A model generated the notes under the pieces. It had not been told where the DNA came from. It saw only the letters and a program-made list of their open reading frames with translations, and did not search any database. A stretch of DNA of 63,454 bases, counting the filler. It is 5 parts of 5 records of this genome, joined end to end, with 100 filler letters (N's around TTAATTAATTAA, not from the genome) between each part and the next. Parts side by side here need not be neighbours in the genome. Positions count along the whole stretch, not along the records: positions 1 to 25,301 come from SRR20825006_2234; 4 more parts are not named here. One strand, given 5' to 3'. Both the position numbers and the translations under genes were made by a program. Each line of letters begins with the position of its first letter. The first letter of the stretch is position 1. Of the stretch, positions 10,570 to 21,841 are shown piece after piece.

Positions 10570-11190
10570 CTAAATTCTCCGTTTTCTCGAAGCAGCCTCT
10601 CTCCGGCCTTTGCCTAGAATCTTCTCCTTGCGCGGTCTAGGGTTTAGCTCATCCTCGACGATTGCGGGCACCGCAGCAAGAAGATCGGTCAGATAAGCGA
10701 CCTCGGCCGCAAGCCGGTGCTCGCTGTGACGAAGAGCCCATTCCTCAGCGACACCAACATAGGGTAGTGCCCCCTCAATCATTGTGCTTCGCTCGGTCAG
10801 CAAGGCCTGCATTCGCTCTAGTCTATCTGCAAGCAGCTCCGTGAAAGCAACGGAATCAATCGGCTTGGCTTTTGTTAAGGCAAGGTCAAACGGATCGTAT
10901 CTGAACCAGATGTCTACAAGCGCCTGATCACGCAGTTCATCCAGCACCTTACGGCCTATGTCCGTGATTTCGTAGAGTTTCCGGGTAGGTCTATTGCCTT
11001 CCTTTTCCTGACCGGCCTCACGCAACAACCCTTCGGAAGCCATTCGCTTCATTGCCCCATAAACCGCACCGACGGGGATATCTGTCCAAAGTGGGACACG
11101 CTTCCGATCAGCCTCGAGGCGTAGCTTGTGGCCATGCATTGGTCCGAATTCCACGAAAGAAGACAGAATGAAGAGTCTGATTGATGACAT
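10570..11190 (-). CDS. PadR family transcriptional regulator
   Basis: GPMHG, GAVYGAMKRM, RPTRKLYEITDIG. Confidence 0.9.
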   Translation of the reverse strand: MSSIRLFILSSFVEFGPMHGHKLRLEADRKRVPLWTDIPVGAVYGAMKRMASEGLLREAGQEKEGNRPTRKLYEITDIGRKVLDELRDQALVDIWFRYDPFDLALTKAKPIDSVAFTELLADRLERMQALLTERSTMIEGALPYVGVAEEWALRHSEHRLAAEVAYLTDLLAAVPAIVEDELNPRPRKEKILGKGRREAASRKRRI

Positions 11191-11308
11191 GTTGCACTAT
11201 TACTCTTGTATGAGTATTTTTGAAGGAGTATTTACATGAAAGTATATCATTTATGAAAACGCCGTGGCAATTGCCGATGGCCGCTCCGCAACCAGCAAAA
11301 GGTGCCCA

Positions 11309-12229
11309 ATGAAATCTGTACGTATCCATGGCTTTAATAAAGCCGCCGTCATTGATGAAATTTCAGTCCCAAAAATCGCTGAGGACGAGGTTTTGGTTCG
11401 CATCACTGCGTCCGCCCTGAACCCGCTTGATATCGGCCTTATGACGGGCTGGGCAGCCCGGTTCTTTCCGATCACTTTCCCTTATGCGATCGGCAGCGAT
11501 TGCGCGGGTGTGATCGAGAAGGTCGGCGCAGCCGTTACACAATTTAAACCCGGCGACTCAGTCGTGGTCTGGGCAGATCCTCTGACCGGAGGAGGCCTGT
11601 CCGAATATGCGGCAGTGTCTGCAACACTTTGCGTTCCACTGCCCGATACTCTCACACCGGCCGAGGGGGCTGCGATACCCACCGCCGGCAGCACAGCGTG
11701 GCATGGACTGTTTTCAATAGGCAATCTTGAGGCCGGAGAAACTGTTCTCATTCATGCGGCAGCTGGGGGTGTTGGCATGTTCGCTGTCCAGTTTGCGAAG
11801 AAGGCCGGTGCCCGCGTTCTTGCAACGGCCTCAGGAGAAGGTGTCGAGATCGTTCGGTCACTCGGGGCAGATGAAGTTATCGACTACAAGCAGCAGGATT
11901 TCACGAAGATGTTTACAGGCGTTGATCTTGTCCTTGATCTCGTTGGTGGCGAGACACAAACACGCAGCTATGAGGTCATCAAGCAAGGTGGGCGTCTGGT
12001 TACGCCAACCTCCCCTCCAGATGAGGCAACAGCCTTGGCACACGGTGTCACCGCGACAATGATGTATGTGAAACCCTATGTGCCGCAGCTTGGCGAGGTC
12101 GTACAAGCCGTAGCCGCCGACAGGATCAATGTACTGTTCGACACATCGGTGCCATTTGCATCTTTCCAGCAGGCGATCGAGCGTCAGCATTCCGGTCGAT
12201 CACGCGGTAAGATCGTTATCACACAGTGA
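11309..12229 (+). CDS. NADP-dependent medium-chain (quinone oxidoreductase-like) oxidoreductase
   Basis: ALNPLD, GETVLIHAAAGGVG, LGADEVIDY, RGKIVI; start chosen at MKSVRIHG. Confidence 0.92.
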   Translation: MKSVRIHGFNKAAVIDEISVPKIAEDEVLVRITASALNPLDIGLMTGWAARFFPITFPYAIGSDCAGVIEKVGAAVTQFKPGDSVVVWADPLTGGGLSEYAAVSATLCVPLPDTLTPAEGAAIPTAGSTAWHGLFSIGNLEAGETVLIHAAAGGVGMFAVQFAKKAGARVLATASGEGVEIVRSLGADEVIDYKQQDFTKMFTGVDLVLDLVGGETQTRSYEVIKQGGRLVTPTSPPDEATALAHGVTATMMYVKPYVPQLGEVVQAVAADRINVLFDTSVPFASFQQAIERQHSGRSRGKIVITQ

Positions 12230-12512
12230 TACATTCACCGATGATGTTTCTCGAATTGCCTTCAATCCAAAGAGGATAATCCGATGATTAATATTGCAAA
12301 AGTCGAAGTGCAATCCTTCGGTAACAGCATTTTCAACGCCGCCCTACGCATATTCCAATTCACCCGGCAAAGGGACCAAGGTTCAAGTTTGTACAGCCCC
12401 ATCTTAGGATCGCCATTAACTCATTAAATAGCTGCTATAATGAGCAATCCTGTTTGACAGCAACCATGGCAATACCACTTCGCGTGTACTCACTTCCGGA
12501 GTCCGCAACACG

Positions 12513-13634
12513 TCAATACGCTGCACGATAAAGCTCAAAAATATCGTTCTTGGACAAATCAACCGGGTTCCAATCCAACAGACGCCGAATACCATGCGCT
12601 TCTTCCGCCATGCCGGGAAGATCATCCTCAGGAACGCCGTGATTGCCGATTGCCATGTCGATCCCCAATAACGCGCAATAGTCACAAGCTGCATTGCGCA
12701 ATGCGTCGACATTGCTATATCCAGAAACACCAAGCGCTGCGGCAACTTTTTGCGTCTTATCCGGAACCGCTGGCGCATTCACAGCCAGCACATGAGGAAA
12801 CATCAAGGCATTGGCCAAACCGTGGGGCAGTTTGTGACGCGTTCCCAACGGATAAGCAACGGCATGACCCGCCGTCGTATTGACCGGACCAAGACAGACA
12901 CCGCCATAAAATGACGCCAGCGCCATGCCAGAACGCGCCTCAATATCCGAACCATCAGCAACCGCACGGGCAAGATATTTACCAACAAGCTCGATACCCT
13001 GCAGGGCATAGCCGTCAATCAGTGGATGAGCGCGTTTTGACGTATAGGCCTCCACGCAATGCGCAAGCGCATCAACACCGGTTGCTGCTGTAACCGCAGC
13101 CGGAACAGAAACCGTCAAAAGCGGATCGATAATCGCTAGGTCAGCAAGCATATGGACGCTTTCGGTTGCGACCTTGTTCAAACTGACCGGGTCCGTAACA
13201 AGGGCACGCGTACCCACCTCTGAACCGGTACCCGCTGTGGTGGGAATCTGGACAAGACCAACTTCGCGCGAAGGCGCACGTCCCAGGCCGGAAATATCAG
13301 ATAACTTCAATTCCCGCCCCACCATGACAGAGACCAGCTTTGCCAAATCCATGGCTGATCCACCACCAAACCCGATGACCAGATCGCAATCCCCGGCCGC
13401 CTTGATCGCGGCTTCAAGATTATGCTCATCCGGCTCGGGCTCGACATCGCCAAATACCGATACCTGCCCGAGTCCAAGCATCTCGAGACGCGCTGCATTG
13501 AACCTGTCCGCAACAACAAACGGCTTTTTAAAGCCCGATGCCTCGACCCAGCCCGCCAACACCGACACGGCACCTTCACCAAACTGAAGAATGGAGGGAC
13601 GTTGTATTTCGATCTGACGCGAGAGGTTAAGCAT
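12513..13634 (-). CDS. Iron-containing alcohol dehydrogenase
   Basis: GGGSAMDLAK, IPTTAGTGSE, DALAHCVEAY, H..AYPL and LPHG metal ligands; ORF open to 13658. Confidence 0.93.
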   Translation of the reverse strand: MLNLSRQIEIQRPSILQFGEGAVSVLAGWVEASGFKKPFVVADRFNAARLEMLGLGQVSVFGDVEPEPDEHNLEAAIKAAGDCDLVIGFGGGSAMDLAKLVSVMVGRELKLSDISGLGRAPSREVGLVQIPTTAGTGSEVGTRALVTDPVSLNKVATESVHMLADLAIIDPLLTVSVPAAVTAATGVDALAHCVEAYTSKRAHPLIDGYALQGIELVGKYLARAVADGSDIEARSGMALASFYGGVCLGPVNTTAGHAVAYPLGTRHKLPHGLANALMFPHVLAVNAPAVPDKTQKVAAALGVSGYSNVDALRNAACDYCALLGIDMAIGNHGVPEDDLPGMAEEAHGIRRLLDWNPVDLSKNDIFELYRAAY

Positions 13635-14071
13635 CTTCGAATCCTTTGAATTGAACAAAAACTTGTTAAGTAAAATGTTCTCAATCCGCTACATCACTGA
13701 AAAAACCGTAATTTTCAGCCGTTTCACGCAATATTCCCACGGAACGAGAAGCCCACCTTAAAAGTGATTTGAAAAATTTGTCAATTTGTAATGTTAAAGA
13801 AAATCCACTGAACAACATAAATTCTCAAACCCGACACATAGAAAACTCACCATGGACGAAAAAATATAATCAATTGATTTTACTATATATTTTAAAGATC
13901 ATTGAGCGAAAAACCCAAGCACCTCACCGGCCCGAACAACATCTCACGAAAAAAAGAAGCTTTGAAAATAGGCAAAACAAGTTGACATATTTTCAGAGCA
14001 ACATAACCTTGGCTCCAACAAGAAGCAGAAAATGCCACGCCTGATTGTCACGCCCACAAAGGGAGGAAAGC

Positions 14072-14527
14072 GTGAACACAATTCGCGAATCACGCAGCAG
14101 CATCTATATCGGCAGCGGCCTGCTTGCGTTTTGTGGTTTTGCTGCATGGCGCACCGCCATGGTCAAGGCACAAGCCACCAACACCGTGGCCGGACCAACA
14201 TTTCTGCCCTGGTTGATGATTGGTCTGATTGCCGCTCTGTCTGTTGCAATGATTGTCAGGTCGCTGAACAGCAGCAAGGAAGAGCGCCTCATTCACATGC
14301 CCGACCGTAAACTGCTTCTGCGGATGGGAATGTTTACAATTTTGCTTGTTGGTTATGCCGCCGCATTCATGCCGCTCGGGTATTTGCCATCTACCCTGAT
14401 CACCTTCTGCATCGGCCTGTATCTGGTCGGCGAAAAACGCCCCGTTGTTCTGATCGCCTTTCCCCTTATCACCACCGGCGCAATCTATCTCGGCTTCACG
14501 CACCTGCTAAAGGTCTGGTTGCCCTGA
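14072..14527 (+). CDS. tctB: Tripartite tricarboxylate transporter small subunit (second system)
   Basis: GTG start after GGGAGG; GPTFLP, LGY, C-terminal LKVWLP. Confidence 0.88.
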   Translation: MNTIRESRSSIYIGSGLLAFCGFAAWRTAMVKAQATNTVAGPTFLPWLMIGLIAALSVAMIVRSLNSSKEERLIHMPDRKLLLRMGMFTILLVGYAAAFMPLGYLPSTLITFCIGLYLVGEKRPVVLIAFPLITTGAIYLGFTHLLKVWLP

Positions 14528-14558
14528 CTAAAAACAAAATTTTATCTCGGAGGAAGAC

Positions 14559-15515
14559 ATGAAAACGAAATTGGCACTCGCCGCAGCACTGATGACAGCC
14601 ACGTTCTCGACACAGGCATTCGCCTTCCCGGATCGCCCGATCCAGGTAATCGTTCCCTATTCCGCAGGTGGCGGCACAGATTTGTCTCTGCGCTTACTTG
14701 CTGAAAGCTTCGAACGTAATTTTGACGGCGCAACCATGGTTGTTCGCAACCAGCCGGGTGGCGGCGGCTCGATCGGGACGTCTGGAGCGGTTGAATCACG
14801 CCCAGACGGCTATACACTTGGCGCCGGTGCACAAGGCCCGCTTGCCCTGCTGCCGCATCTTGGTGGCACCACCTACCAGATTGAAAATGTTGAATTCATT
14901 GGCCTATTCGGCCGCAACCTGCAGGTGATGGTTGCCTGTAAAGACGCGCCGTTCGATAATTTTGACGCCTTCCTTGAATATGCCAAAACCAAGGCCCCGC
15001 AGATTGGTAACTCCGGCGCGGGTGGTGCCAACCACGTTTCTGCCGAAGCATTCGCCAAAGCTGCCAACATCAAAATTGAATCCGTTCCGTTCGGCGGCTC
15101 GTCCGAAGCTCGTACCGCATGTGTTGGCGGCCACATTGATGCAATGGTTGCCTCTCCTGCCGAAGCCCTTGCCCAGGTCGAGGCAGGCAATGTTTCACCG
15201 CTCTTCGTGATGGAGCCGGAACGCATTGATCTGTTTCCGGACACCCCAACCGCCGTTGAAAAAGGCATCGATTTCACCTGGTCGTCCTGGAAAGGCCTGA
15301 TTGGCCCGAAAGGCATCCCGGCAGAGGACCTTAAATTCCTGCGTGATGCGCTGAAAACGACTGTCGAAGACGAAGAGTTCAAAGCCAAAATGGCCGAGAT
15401 GGGCGAGTTCGTCATTTACGAAGATGCCGAGCAATACGAAGCCCGTGCCCGTTCTGACAGCAAGGTTGCCGAAGCTGTCATTCGCGATCTCGGCATGTAT
15501 GGCATGAACAACTGA
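14559..15515 (+). CDS. tctC: Tripartite tricarboxylate transporter substrate-binding protein (second system)
   Basis: Signal peptide, FPDRPIQVIVPYSAGGGTD, NQPGGGGSIG, PDGYTL, WKGLIGPKG. Confidence 0.95.
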   Translation: MKTKLALAAALMTATFSTQAFAFPDRPIQVIVPYSAGGGTDLSLRLLAESFERNFDGATMVVRNQPGGGGSIGTSGAVESRPDGYTLGAGAQGPLALLPHLGGTTYQIENVEFIGLFGRNLQVMVACKDAPFDNFDAFLEYAKTKAPQIGNSGAGGANHVSAEAFAKAANIKIESVPFGGSSEARTACVGGHIDAMVASPAEALAQVEAGNVSPLFVMEPERIDLFPDTPTAVEKGIDFTWSSWKGLIGPKGIPAEDLKFLRDALKTTVEDEEFKAKMAEMGEFVIYEDAEQYEARARSDSKVAEAVIRDLGMYGMNN

Positions 15516-15531
15516 TCAAGCCTGCGAACTC

Positions 15532-15564
15532 CGGGCTTCAGGTTTCCTGAGGCCCGTCCCTTTT
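15532..15564 (+). terminator. Stem-loop after second tctC
   Basis: CGGGCTTCAGG-TTT-CCTGAGGCCCG then TCCCTTTT. Confidence 0.55.
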
Positions 15565-15585
15565 CGGTTCGAACGAGTAGCCTTT

Positions 15586-17073
15586 ATGGATGTTCTTTCT
15601 TCTCTTGCCCAACTGTTTGAATTTAGCACCCTGTGGACAATCGCCCTTGGGACGTTGGGGGGACTTATTATCGGCGCACTGCCCGGCCTGACGGCAACCA
15701 TGGGCGTTGCTCTCCTTATTCCAATGACCTTTGGCATGGCGCCGGTTGTTGGCCTGAATATGTTGATCGGCATCTATATTGGCGGGATCTATGGCGGGTG
15801 CGTGTCGTCCATTCTTCTACGCACCCCCGGCACACCGGCATCTGCGGCAACCGTTCTTGACGGCTACCCGATGGCACAGCGCGGCGAAGCTGGCAAGGCA
15901 CTGGGCATGGCGACCATTGCCTCGACCATTGGCGGGTTGTTTGCCGCCGTCATCCTTGCCACCCTTGCACCGCAACTGGCATCTATCGCGCTTAAATTCG
16001 GGGCTGCGGAATATTTCGCGCTGGCTCTGTTTGGCCTGACAATCATTGCTTCCCTCTCTGGCGATTTGCTTAAAGGTGCGATTTCCGGATTACTTGGCAT
16101 TCTGATTTCCTGCGTTGGTGCCGATCCGATTACCGGTGTTCTACGCTACACCTTTGGCGTTTCCGGCTTTGCATCGGGTTTTGCATTTACGCCTGCACTG
16201 ATCGGGCTTTTTGCACTTTCGGAAGTTTTCACCCAGATGGAACGGTTGGGAAGTTCGGACGCGCCGGTACGCAATGTCACCGGAAGATGGCCATCACGTT
16301 CTGACATGCGCGAAAGCAAAAGCGCGCTGGTTCGCGGATCCATTATCGGCACCATCATCGGGATCATCCCCGGTACAGGTTCAGGCACCGCATCATGGAT
16401 TGCCTATAACGAAGCGCGCCGTTCTTCGCCACATCCTGAAAAATTCGGAACCGGCTACGCACCCGGAATTGCCGCCACGGAAAGCGCGAACAACGCAGTC
16501 TGCGCCGCCGCACTGATCCCGTTGCTGGCACTGGGCATTCCCGGTGACGTGGTAACCGCGGTTTTGATGGGTGGACTGATGATTCAGGGTCTGGCCCCCG
16601 GACCAATGCTGTTCCAAACCAACCCGGATGTCATCATCGGCATTTTCGGCGGCACCTTTATCGCAACGATCTTCATGTTCATCTTCGGGATGGCGCTTAT
16701 TCCGCTGTTTTCCCGGATATTACTGATCCCGCGGCAGTTGCTTGCCATGACCATCGTCGTTTTCTGCTTCATTGGTTCCTTTGCCATCAACCTGAACCCC
16801 GTTGATCTTTACACGATGGTCGGCTTTGGCGTGCTTGGCTGGGGCATGCAGAAGTTCGGCTTTAGCCAGGCGGCCCTTTGCATCGCCTTGATCCTTGGAC
16901 CGATGATGGAAGCCAATCTTCGCCGTGGCCTTTTACAATCGGGTGACAACCTGATCGAATTTACTTCGGGCCCGATCACACTGCTTTTCCTCGGACTTAC
17001 CGTTCTTTCCCTTCTCTGGCCGCTGATCACGCGCATACAGCAAAACCGCCGCCAGTCCAAAGCCTCTGAATAA
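15586..17073 (+). CDS. tctA: Tripartite tricarboxylate transporter large permease (second system)
   Basis: GALPGLT, YIGGIYGG, TPGTP, DGYPMA, ESANNA, LGIPG. Confidence 0.95.
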   Translation: MDVLSSLAQLFEFSTLWTIALGTLGGLIIGALPGLTATMGVALLIPMTFGMAPVVGLNMLIGIYIGGIYGGCVSSILLRTPGTPASAATVLDGYPMAQRGEAGKALGMATIASTIGGLFAAVILATLAPQLASIALKFGAAEYFALALFGLTIIASLSGDLLKGAISGLLGILISCVGADPITGVLRYTFGVSGFASGFAFTPALIGLFALSEVFTQMERLGSSDAPVRNVTGRWPSRSDMRESKSALVRGSIIGTIIGIIPGTGSGTASWIAYNEARRSSPHPEKFGTGYAPGIAATESANNAVCAAALIPLLALGIPGDVVTAVLMGGLMIQGLAPGPMLFQTNPDVIIGIFGGTFIATIFMFIFGMALIPLFSRILLIPRQLLAMTIVVFCFIGSFAINLNPVDLYTMVGFGVLGWGMQKFGFSQAALCIALILGPMMEANLRRGLLQSGDNLIEFTSGPITLLFLGLTVLSLLWPLITRIQQNRRQSKASE

Positions 17074-17084
17074 CAGGAAGTACC

Positions 17085-17966
17085 ATGACCAAATCGGCAT
17101 ATGTCGCCCTTGTCACCTGCTTCAATGATGACGAGACCATCAATTACCAGGCAACACGCAATCAGGTGAAACGTCAGGTCGCAGCTGGCAACAACATCAT
17201 GTGTGCAGGCACCAACGGCGATTTCACCGCACTGACATTCGAAGAAAAAGTGCGCCTGACAGAGGAAGTGGTGGATGAAGTTGACGGCAAGGCCAAGGTC
17301 ATCGTCAATGCCGGGATGCCTGCAACCTTTGAAACGATCAAACTTGCAAAGGAATTTGATCGCATCGGTGTCGACGGCATTGCCGTCATTACACCGTTCT
17401 TCATCGCCTGCACCCAGGATGGATTAATTCGCCACTTCATCGCTGTCGCTGACAGTGTGAATACCCCCACCTACCTTTATGACATTCCGCCAAGAACCCA
17501 GAACCATATTGAACCGGCAACTACCGAAACACTTGCCGCACATGGTAATATTGCTGGCATCAAGGATTCTGGAGGTACGGATGCAAGCCTGAATGCCTAT
17601 CTTGGTATCGCGCGTTCCAGATCGGACTTTGATGTCTATTCCGGCCCGGACCATCTGGTTCTCTGGTCACTTCAAAATGGTGCGGCAGGTGCAATTTCAG
17701 GCCTTGGCAATGTCCTTCCTGACATTCTTGCTGGCATCATTGACGGCTTTAATTCCGGCGACAATGCCAAAGCAGAACAGAACCAGGAAATCTTTGGCAA
17801 TTTCCGCAAAGACCTTTATGGCCTTGGCTACCCGCCCGCCTTGGTAAAGCGCGCCTTGTTCCTGATGGATGAAACCGTTGGCGCATCACGTCAGCCCGCC
17901 CTGCTTCCTGATGCCGAACAGGACAAAAAAATACTCGAAATCCTGAAAAAATACGGGCGGATTTGA
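17085..17966 (+). CDS. DapA/NanA-family class I aldolase or dehydratase
   Basis: GTNGD (GTTGE variant), LYDIPPRT, GIKDS Schiff-base Lys. Confidence 0.9.
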   Translation: MTKSAYVALVTCFNDDETINYQATRNQVKRQVAAGNNIMCAGTNGDFTALTFEEKVRLTEEVVDEVDGKAKVIVNAGMPATFETIKLAKEFDRIGVDGIAVITPFFIACTQDGLIRHFIAVADSVNTPTYLYDIPPRTQNHIEPATTETLAAHGNIAGIKDSGGTDASLNAYLGIARSRSDFDVYSGPDHLVLWSLQNGAAGAISGLGNVLPDILAGIIDGFNSGDNAKAEQNQEIFGNFRKDLYGLGYPPALVKRALFLMDETVGASRQPALLPDAEQDKKILEILKKYGRI

Positions 17967-18934
17967 TCATGACTGTTGTTTTGACGACATCCCCCGGCTT
18001 CGGGAAACACAACGATGTAGCCAGCAAACTGTCTGAACTTGGCTGGGAATTGGTCCGATGTGTCGACACGACCAAAGCCGACGGCGGTGTTAGCGAACAT
18101 ATCGAACGCGCGGATTACATCGTTGTCGGCCTTGTTCCAGTTACGGCCGAAACCCTGAAACAGGGCAAGAACCTTAAGGCCGTTCTCAAACACGGTGTCG
18201 GGGTCGACAATATCGATATTCCCGCCTGTTCGGAGGCCGGACTTCCGGTTTTGAACACTCCGGGTGCGAATGCCGATGCCGTGGCAGAGCTTGCCATCGG
18301 CATGATGTTTGCCCTGGCCCGTAATATAATCGTCGGGCACAATTCTGTGGTTTCCGGTGGATGGAACCGGACTGTTGGCACGCAGATCGGCGGCAAGACT
18401 CTTGGTATTTTCGGACTGGGCAATATCGGGAAGTCCCTTGCACTTAAGGCGCGCTCGCTTGGCATGAATGTCATAGCCCAGGATGCCTATCCTGACACGG
18501 CCTTTGGCGATGCCAATGGTATTGAATTTGTCGATATCGACACCCTTCTGGCCCGTTCAGATTATGTATCACTCCACATCTTTGGTGGTGCGGAGAACAC
18601 TGCATTTATGGATGCGACCAAACTTGCCAAGATGAAGCCGGATGCCTGCTTGCTTAATCTTGCGCGTGGCGAGGTTGTTGATCTTGATGCACTGGCCGAC
18701 GCACTTGCCAATAATCGACTGGGCGGTGCGGGGATTGATGCCTATGTCGTCGAGCCACCAGAAACCAACCATCCGATCTTTGCCCATCCACGCGTGGTTT
18801 TCACCCCGCATACCGGGGCAGATACCAGTGAGGCGTTGGCAAATGTCGGCCTGATGAATATCGCTGATATTGAAAGCCTGATGCGCGGCGAACATCCCAA
18901 ACGGGTTTTAAATCCGCAAGTATTCGGGGAATAG
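17963..18934 (+). CDS. D-2-hydroxyacid dehydrogenase (phosphoglycerate dehydrogenase-like)
   Basis: GVGVDNID, NADAVAE, GIFGLGNIG, NLARG, FTPHTG; start may be the ATG at 17969. Confidence 0.92.
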   Translation: MIMTVVLTTSPGFGKHNDVASKLSELGWELVRCVDTTKADGGVSEHIERADYIVVGLVPVTAETLKQGKNLKAVLKHGVGVDNIDIPACSEAGLPVLNTPGANADAVAELAIGMMFALARNIIVGHNSVVSGGWNRTVGTQIGGKTLGIFGLGNIGKSLALKARSLGMNVIAQDAYPDTAFGDANGIEFVDIDTLLARSDYVSLHIFGGAENTAFMDATKLAKMKPDACLLNLARGEVVDLDALADALANNRLGGAGIDAYVVEPPETNHPIFAHPRVVFTPHTGADTSEALANVGLMNIADIESLMRGEHPKRVLNPQVFGE

Positions 18935-18935
18935 G

Positions 18936-19988
18936 ATGACAGAACGTTTTGACGTTGCCGAACTGACCCGCTTCACAACAGAACTGTTTACCAAAGCCGG
19001 TCTGGACGAAGACAAGGCCACTGCTGTGTCCAGATACCTGATCGAAGCCGACCTGATGGGACATACAACCCACGGGCTTGCACTGGCATCCTGGTATTTG
19101 CAATCGGTACGTGACGGGGTGATGAAGACCACCGGCAGCTTTGAAGTTGTGTCGGATCGCGGCGCAGCCCAGTGCTGGAATGGTCACAGACTTCCCGGTG
19201 CCTGGCTTACCAGCGAAGCTGTAAAGTCCGCGATTAAGCGGGCGCGCGAATTTGGTACGGCGACCGTCGCCATCGCCAATAGCCACCATATCGGTGCACT
19301 GGCTGCCTATCTCAGTCTGGCGACCGATCAGTCGATGCTGGTTTCTGTCGCGTCATCTTCACCCTCCGGGGCGCAGGTTGCACCATTTGGCGGACTTGAT
19401 GGGGTTTTCACCCCCAATCCTGTGGCTTGGGGTATTCCGACAAATGACCAACCTGTTCTGATTGATATCTCTGCATCGATTACGACGGTGAATATGGGCA
19501 AGCGCCTTCAACGCGAAGGCCGGAAATACGATCATGACTGGCTGATGGATTGCGACGGCAACCTTGCCCGCGATCCGGCTTTGCTTGATGACGGCGCGAC
19601 ATTGCTGCCGACCGGTGGGTTGGATCATGGTCAAAAAGGCTACGGCATGGCCCTGTCCGTTGAAGCTTTGACCCAGGGGCTTGCCGGATATGGGCGTGCC
19701 GACGCTCCAAAAGGCACAAATGCCGCTGTGACCGTCAGCGTCTATGACCCGGATGCCTTTGGCGGTGTTGATAACTTTATCGCCCAAAGCAGCTGGGTTC
19801 GTGATGCCAGCCTCAACAACCGGCCACGCGACCCGGTCAATCCTGTGCGTTTGCCGGGACAAGCAGCCCTGCAGCGCAAAGAACAAGCCATAAAGGAAGG
19901 TGTCCGGTTATATCCCGGCATCGCATCCAGCCTGAATGCCGAAGCAGAGCATTATGGCATTGCACCGCTTTCTAAACACAGATCATGA
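18936..19988 (+). CDS. LDH2/MDH2-family (YiaK/AllD-like) oxidoreductase
   Basis: [41 protein letters not shown]. Confidence 0.9.
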   Translation: MTERFDVAELTRFTTELFTKAGLDEDKATAVSRYLIEADLMGHTTHGLALASWYLQSVRDGVMKTTGSFEVVSDRGAAQCWNGHRLPGAWLTSEAVKSAIKRAREFGTATVAIANSHHIGALAAYLSLATDQSMLVSVASSSPSGAQVAPFGGLDGVFTPNPVAWGIPTNDQPVLIDISASITTVNMGKRLQREGRKYDHDWLMDCDGNLARDPALLDDGATLLPTGGLDHGQKGYGMALSVEALTQGLAGYGRADAPKGTNAAVTVSVYDPDAFGGVDNFIAQSSWVRDASLNNRPRDPVNPVRLPGQAALQRKEQAIKEGVRLYPGIASSLNAEAEHYGIAPLSKHRS

Positions 19989-20025
19989 ATGCAATCGGGT
20001 TAATGACCCAAAACAGGAGACCAAT

Positions 20026-21018
20026 ATGACTGCCCCCAACATGCCAGTCGTAATCACCATGGGCGATCCATCGGGCGTTGGTGCAGAAGTAACCGTGCGC
20101 GCCCTTGCCGCCCTGACACCCGAAAAAAGACAACGCTATACCGTAATCGGCGACATCAACGTGCTTAACCGTGCGATTGCGGCCTGCGATCTTGATATAG
20201 CCACTCATTTGGCTGGCGATAGCACCAATGGCACCTCGATTTCGGTAAAACATGTCCCGATTGACGGTCTGCCCGATAAATTTGGCGTCCTGTCCGAGCG
20301 TTGCGGCGAGGCAAGCTTTCAATATATCAAAACTGCCGTCGATATGGCCCTTGCGGGCGATGCCGTTGGAATTGTCACAGCACCGATCAACAAGGAAGCC
20401 CTGAACGCCGCAGGCCATCATTATGACGGGCATACGGGCATGCTTGCGCATCTGACCGGGTGCAAATCTTCGTGGATGTTACTGGCTTCCGAACGTTTGA
20501 ACGTCATTCACGTTTCCACCCATGTGGCACTTCGTGATGCCATTGAACGGGCGACAACCGAACGGGTGCTTGAAACCATCCGCACAGGTCACCGCCATTT
20601 TAAACGCATGGGATATGAAAATCCCCGGATTGCCGTGGCCGGGATCAATCCCCATTGCGGTGAAAACGGGCTTTTTGGCAACGATGATCCCGAACGCGTT
20701 GATCCGGCAGTCAAACAAGCCCAGCAGGAAGGCATCAATGTCCAGGGCACCATTTCCGCAGATACAGTATACCACAAAGCCTATCGCGGCGACTTTGACC
20801 TTGTCGTTGCGCAATACCATGATCAGGGACATATCCCGGTCAAACTGGTGGCATTTGATACCGCGGTGAACGTTTCACTGGGCCTTCCAATTGATCGGGC
20901 CTCTGTTGATCACGGGACAGCATTTGACATTGCCGGCACCGGCAACGCCAACCACGAAAACATGCTTGAAACGCTGCGTTACGCGGACAGGCTTGCAACC
21001 GCAAAGCGGCTTGCATAG
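20026..21018 (+). CDS. pdxA: PdxA-family dehydrogenase (likely catabolic PdxA2-type tetronate-4-phosphate dehydrogenase)
   Basis: [59 protein letters not shown]. Confidence 0.92.
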   Translation: MTAPNMPVVITMGDPSGVGAEVTVRALAALTPEKRQRYTVIGDINVLNRAIAACDLDIATHLAGDSTNGTSISVKHVPIDGLPDKFGVLSERCGEASFQYIKTAVDMALAGDAVGIVTAPINKEALNAAGHHYDGHTGMLAHLTGCKSSWMLLASERLNVIHVSTHVALRDAIERATTERVLETIRTGHRHFKRMGYENPRIAVAGINPHCGENGLFGNDDPERVDPAVKQAQQEGINVQGTISADTVYHKAYRGDFDLVVAQYHDQGHIPVKLVAFDTAVNVSLGLPIDRASVDHGTAFDIAGTGNANHENMLETLRYADRLATAKRLA

Positions 21019-21030
21019 AAGCTTTCACAT

Positions 21031-21066
21031 AAGAAAACCCCGATTTTCAGTGCGGGGTTTTCTTTT
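21031..21066. terminator. Bidirectional intrinsic terminator
   Basis: AAGAAAACCCCG-10 nt-CGGGGTTTTCTT between convergent genes. Confidence 0.85.
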
Positions 21067-21070
21067 TCAC

Positions 21071-21823
21071 TTACATCTTCAGGCTCAGCAAACTGCCACC
21101 AAACAGCCGGTCGCGGGAATGCTCAATGTGCTTGTACATAAGTGTCCTTGCTTCGTCAGAATTGCCATCACGAATGGCTTTATAAATCGCTGAATGCTCT
21201 TCAAACACTTCTTCAAGACGCTTGAGACCATCGGACATCAATGATTGTCCATGAAGCTTCATTCCAACATTGATATGTTCGCGAAGCGCACGCATCGATG
21301 CCTCATAATAGTGGTTATTCGCGGCACGCGTGATCGATAGATGAAAAGCAAAATCTGCATCTTCACGGTGTTGGTGTGAGCCGGTCGCCACTTTGAGCAA
21401 ATCGAGCGCGTGCGCAACTTCTTTAAGTGCTTCAGCATTATGTCGTGTCGCTGCAAGTGCTGCGGCCTCCGGCTCAATCGTCAGACGAAACTCATAGCAT
21501 CGCTGAATATCTGCAAGTGTCTCAACCTTGGCAAACCCCAACGGTGCCTGTGTAACAGCGCGGACATAACTCCCTGCACCCTGACGGGAATAGATCAAGC
21601 CTTCTTCACGAAGCTTCTCAAGTGCCGCGCGTAAAACAGGTCGGGAAACGTCAAGCTCGGTTGCAAGAGCGGTTTCCGGTGGGAGCTTGCTGTTGGGCTC
21701 GTAATCGCCATTCGTAATGCGGCTATAGAGTGAATGGTAAACCCGGTTCGCCAAGGACATGCGTGGCTTTTTTGTTTGCTCTTTCACGTTGGGGCTTCCC
21801 GTTTTTTCTTTCGTCGTAAACAA
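21071..21823 (-). CDS. FadR/GntR family regulator
   Basis: KLPPETALATELDVSRPVLRAAL, RQGAGSYV, DFAFHL, EHSAI; start uncertain. Confidence 0.92.
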   Translation of the reverse strand: MFTTKEKTGSPNVKEQTKKPRMSLANRVYHSLYSRITNGDYEPNSKLPPETALATELDVSRPVLRAALEKLREEGLIYSRQGAGSYVRAVTQAPLGFAKVETLADIQRCYEFRLTIEPEAAALAATRHNAEALKEVAHALDLLKVATGSHQHREDADFAFHLSITRAANNHYYEASMRALREHINVGMKLHGQSLMSDGLKRLEEVFEEHSAIYKAIRDGNSDEARTLMYKHIEHSRDRLFGGSLLSLKM

Positions 21824-21841
21824 CTTACGTCAAATCTGGTG

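Noticed and set aside
12284-12427. 47-aa ORF with GAGGA RBS after the oxidoreductase
   Set aside because: Could be a remnant of a truncated operon gene, but no recognisable family; not supportable.
13769-14044. 91-aa ORF in the AT-rich divergent spacer
   Set aside because: Low-complexity translation of a promoter region, no RBS.
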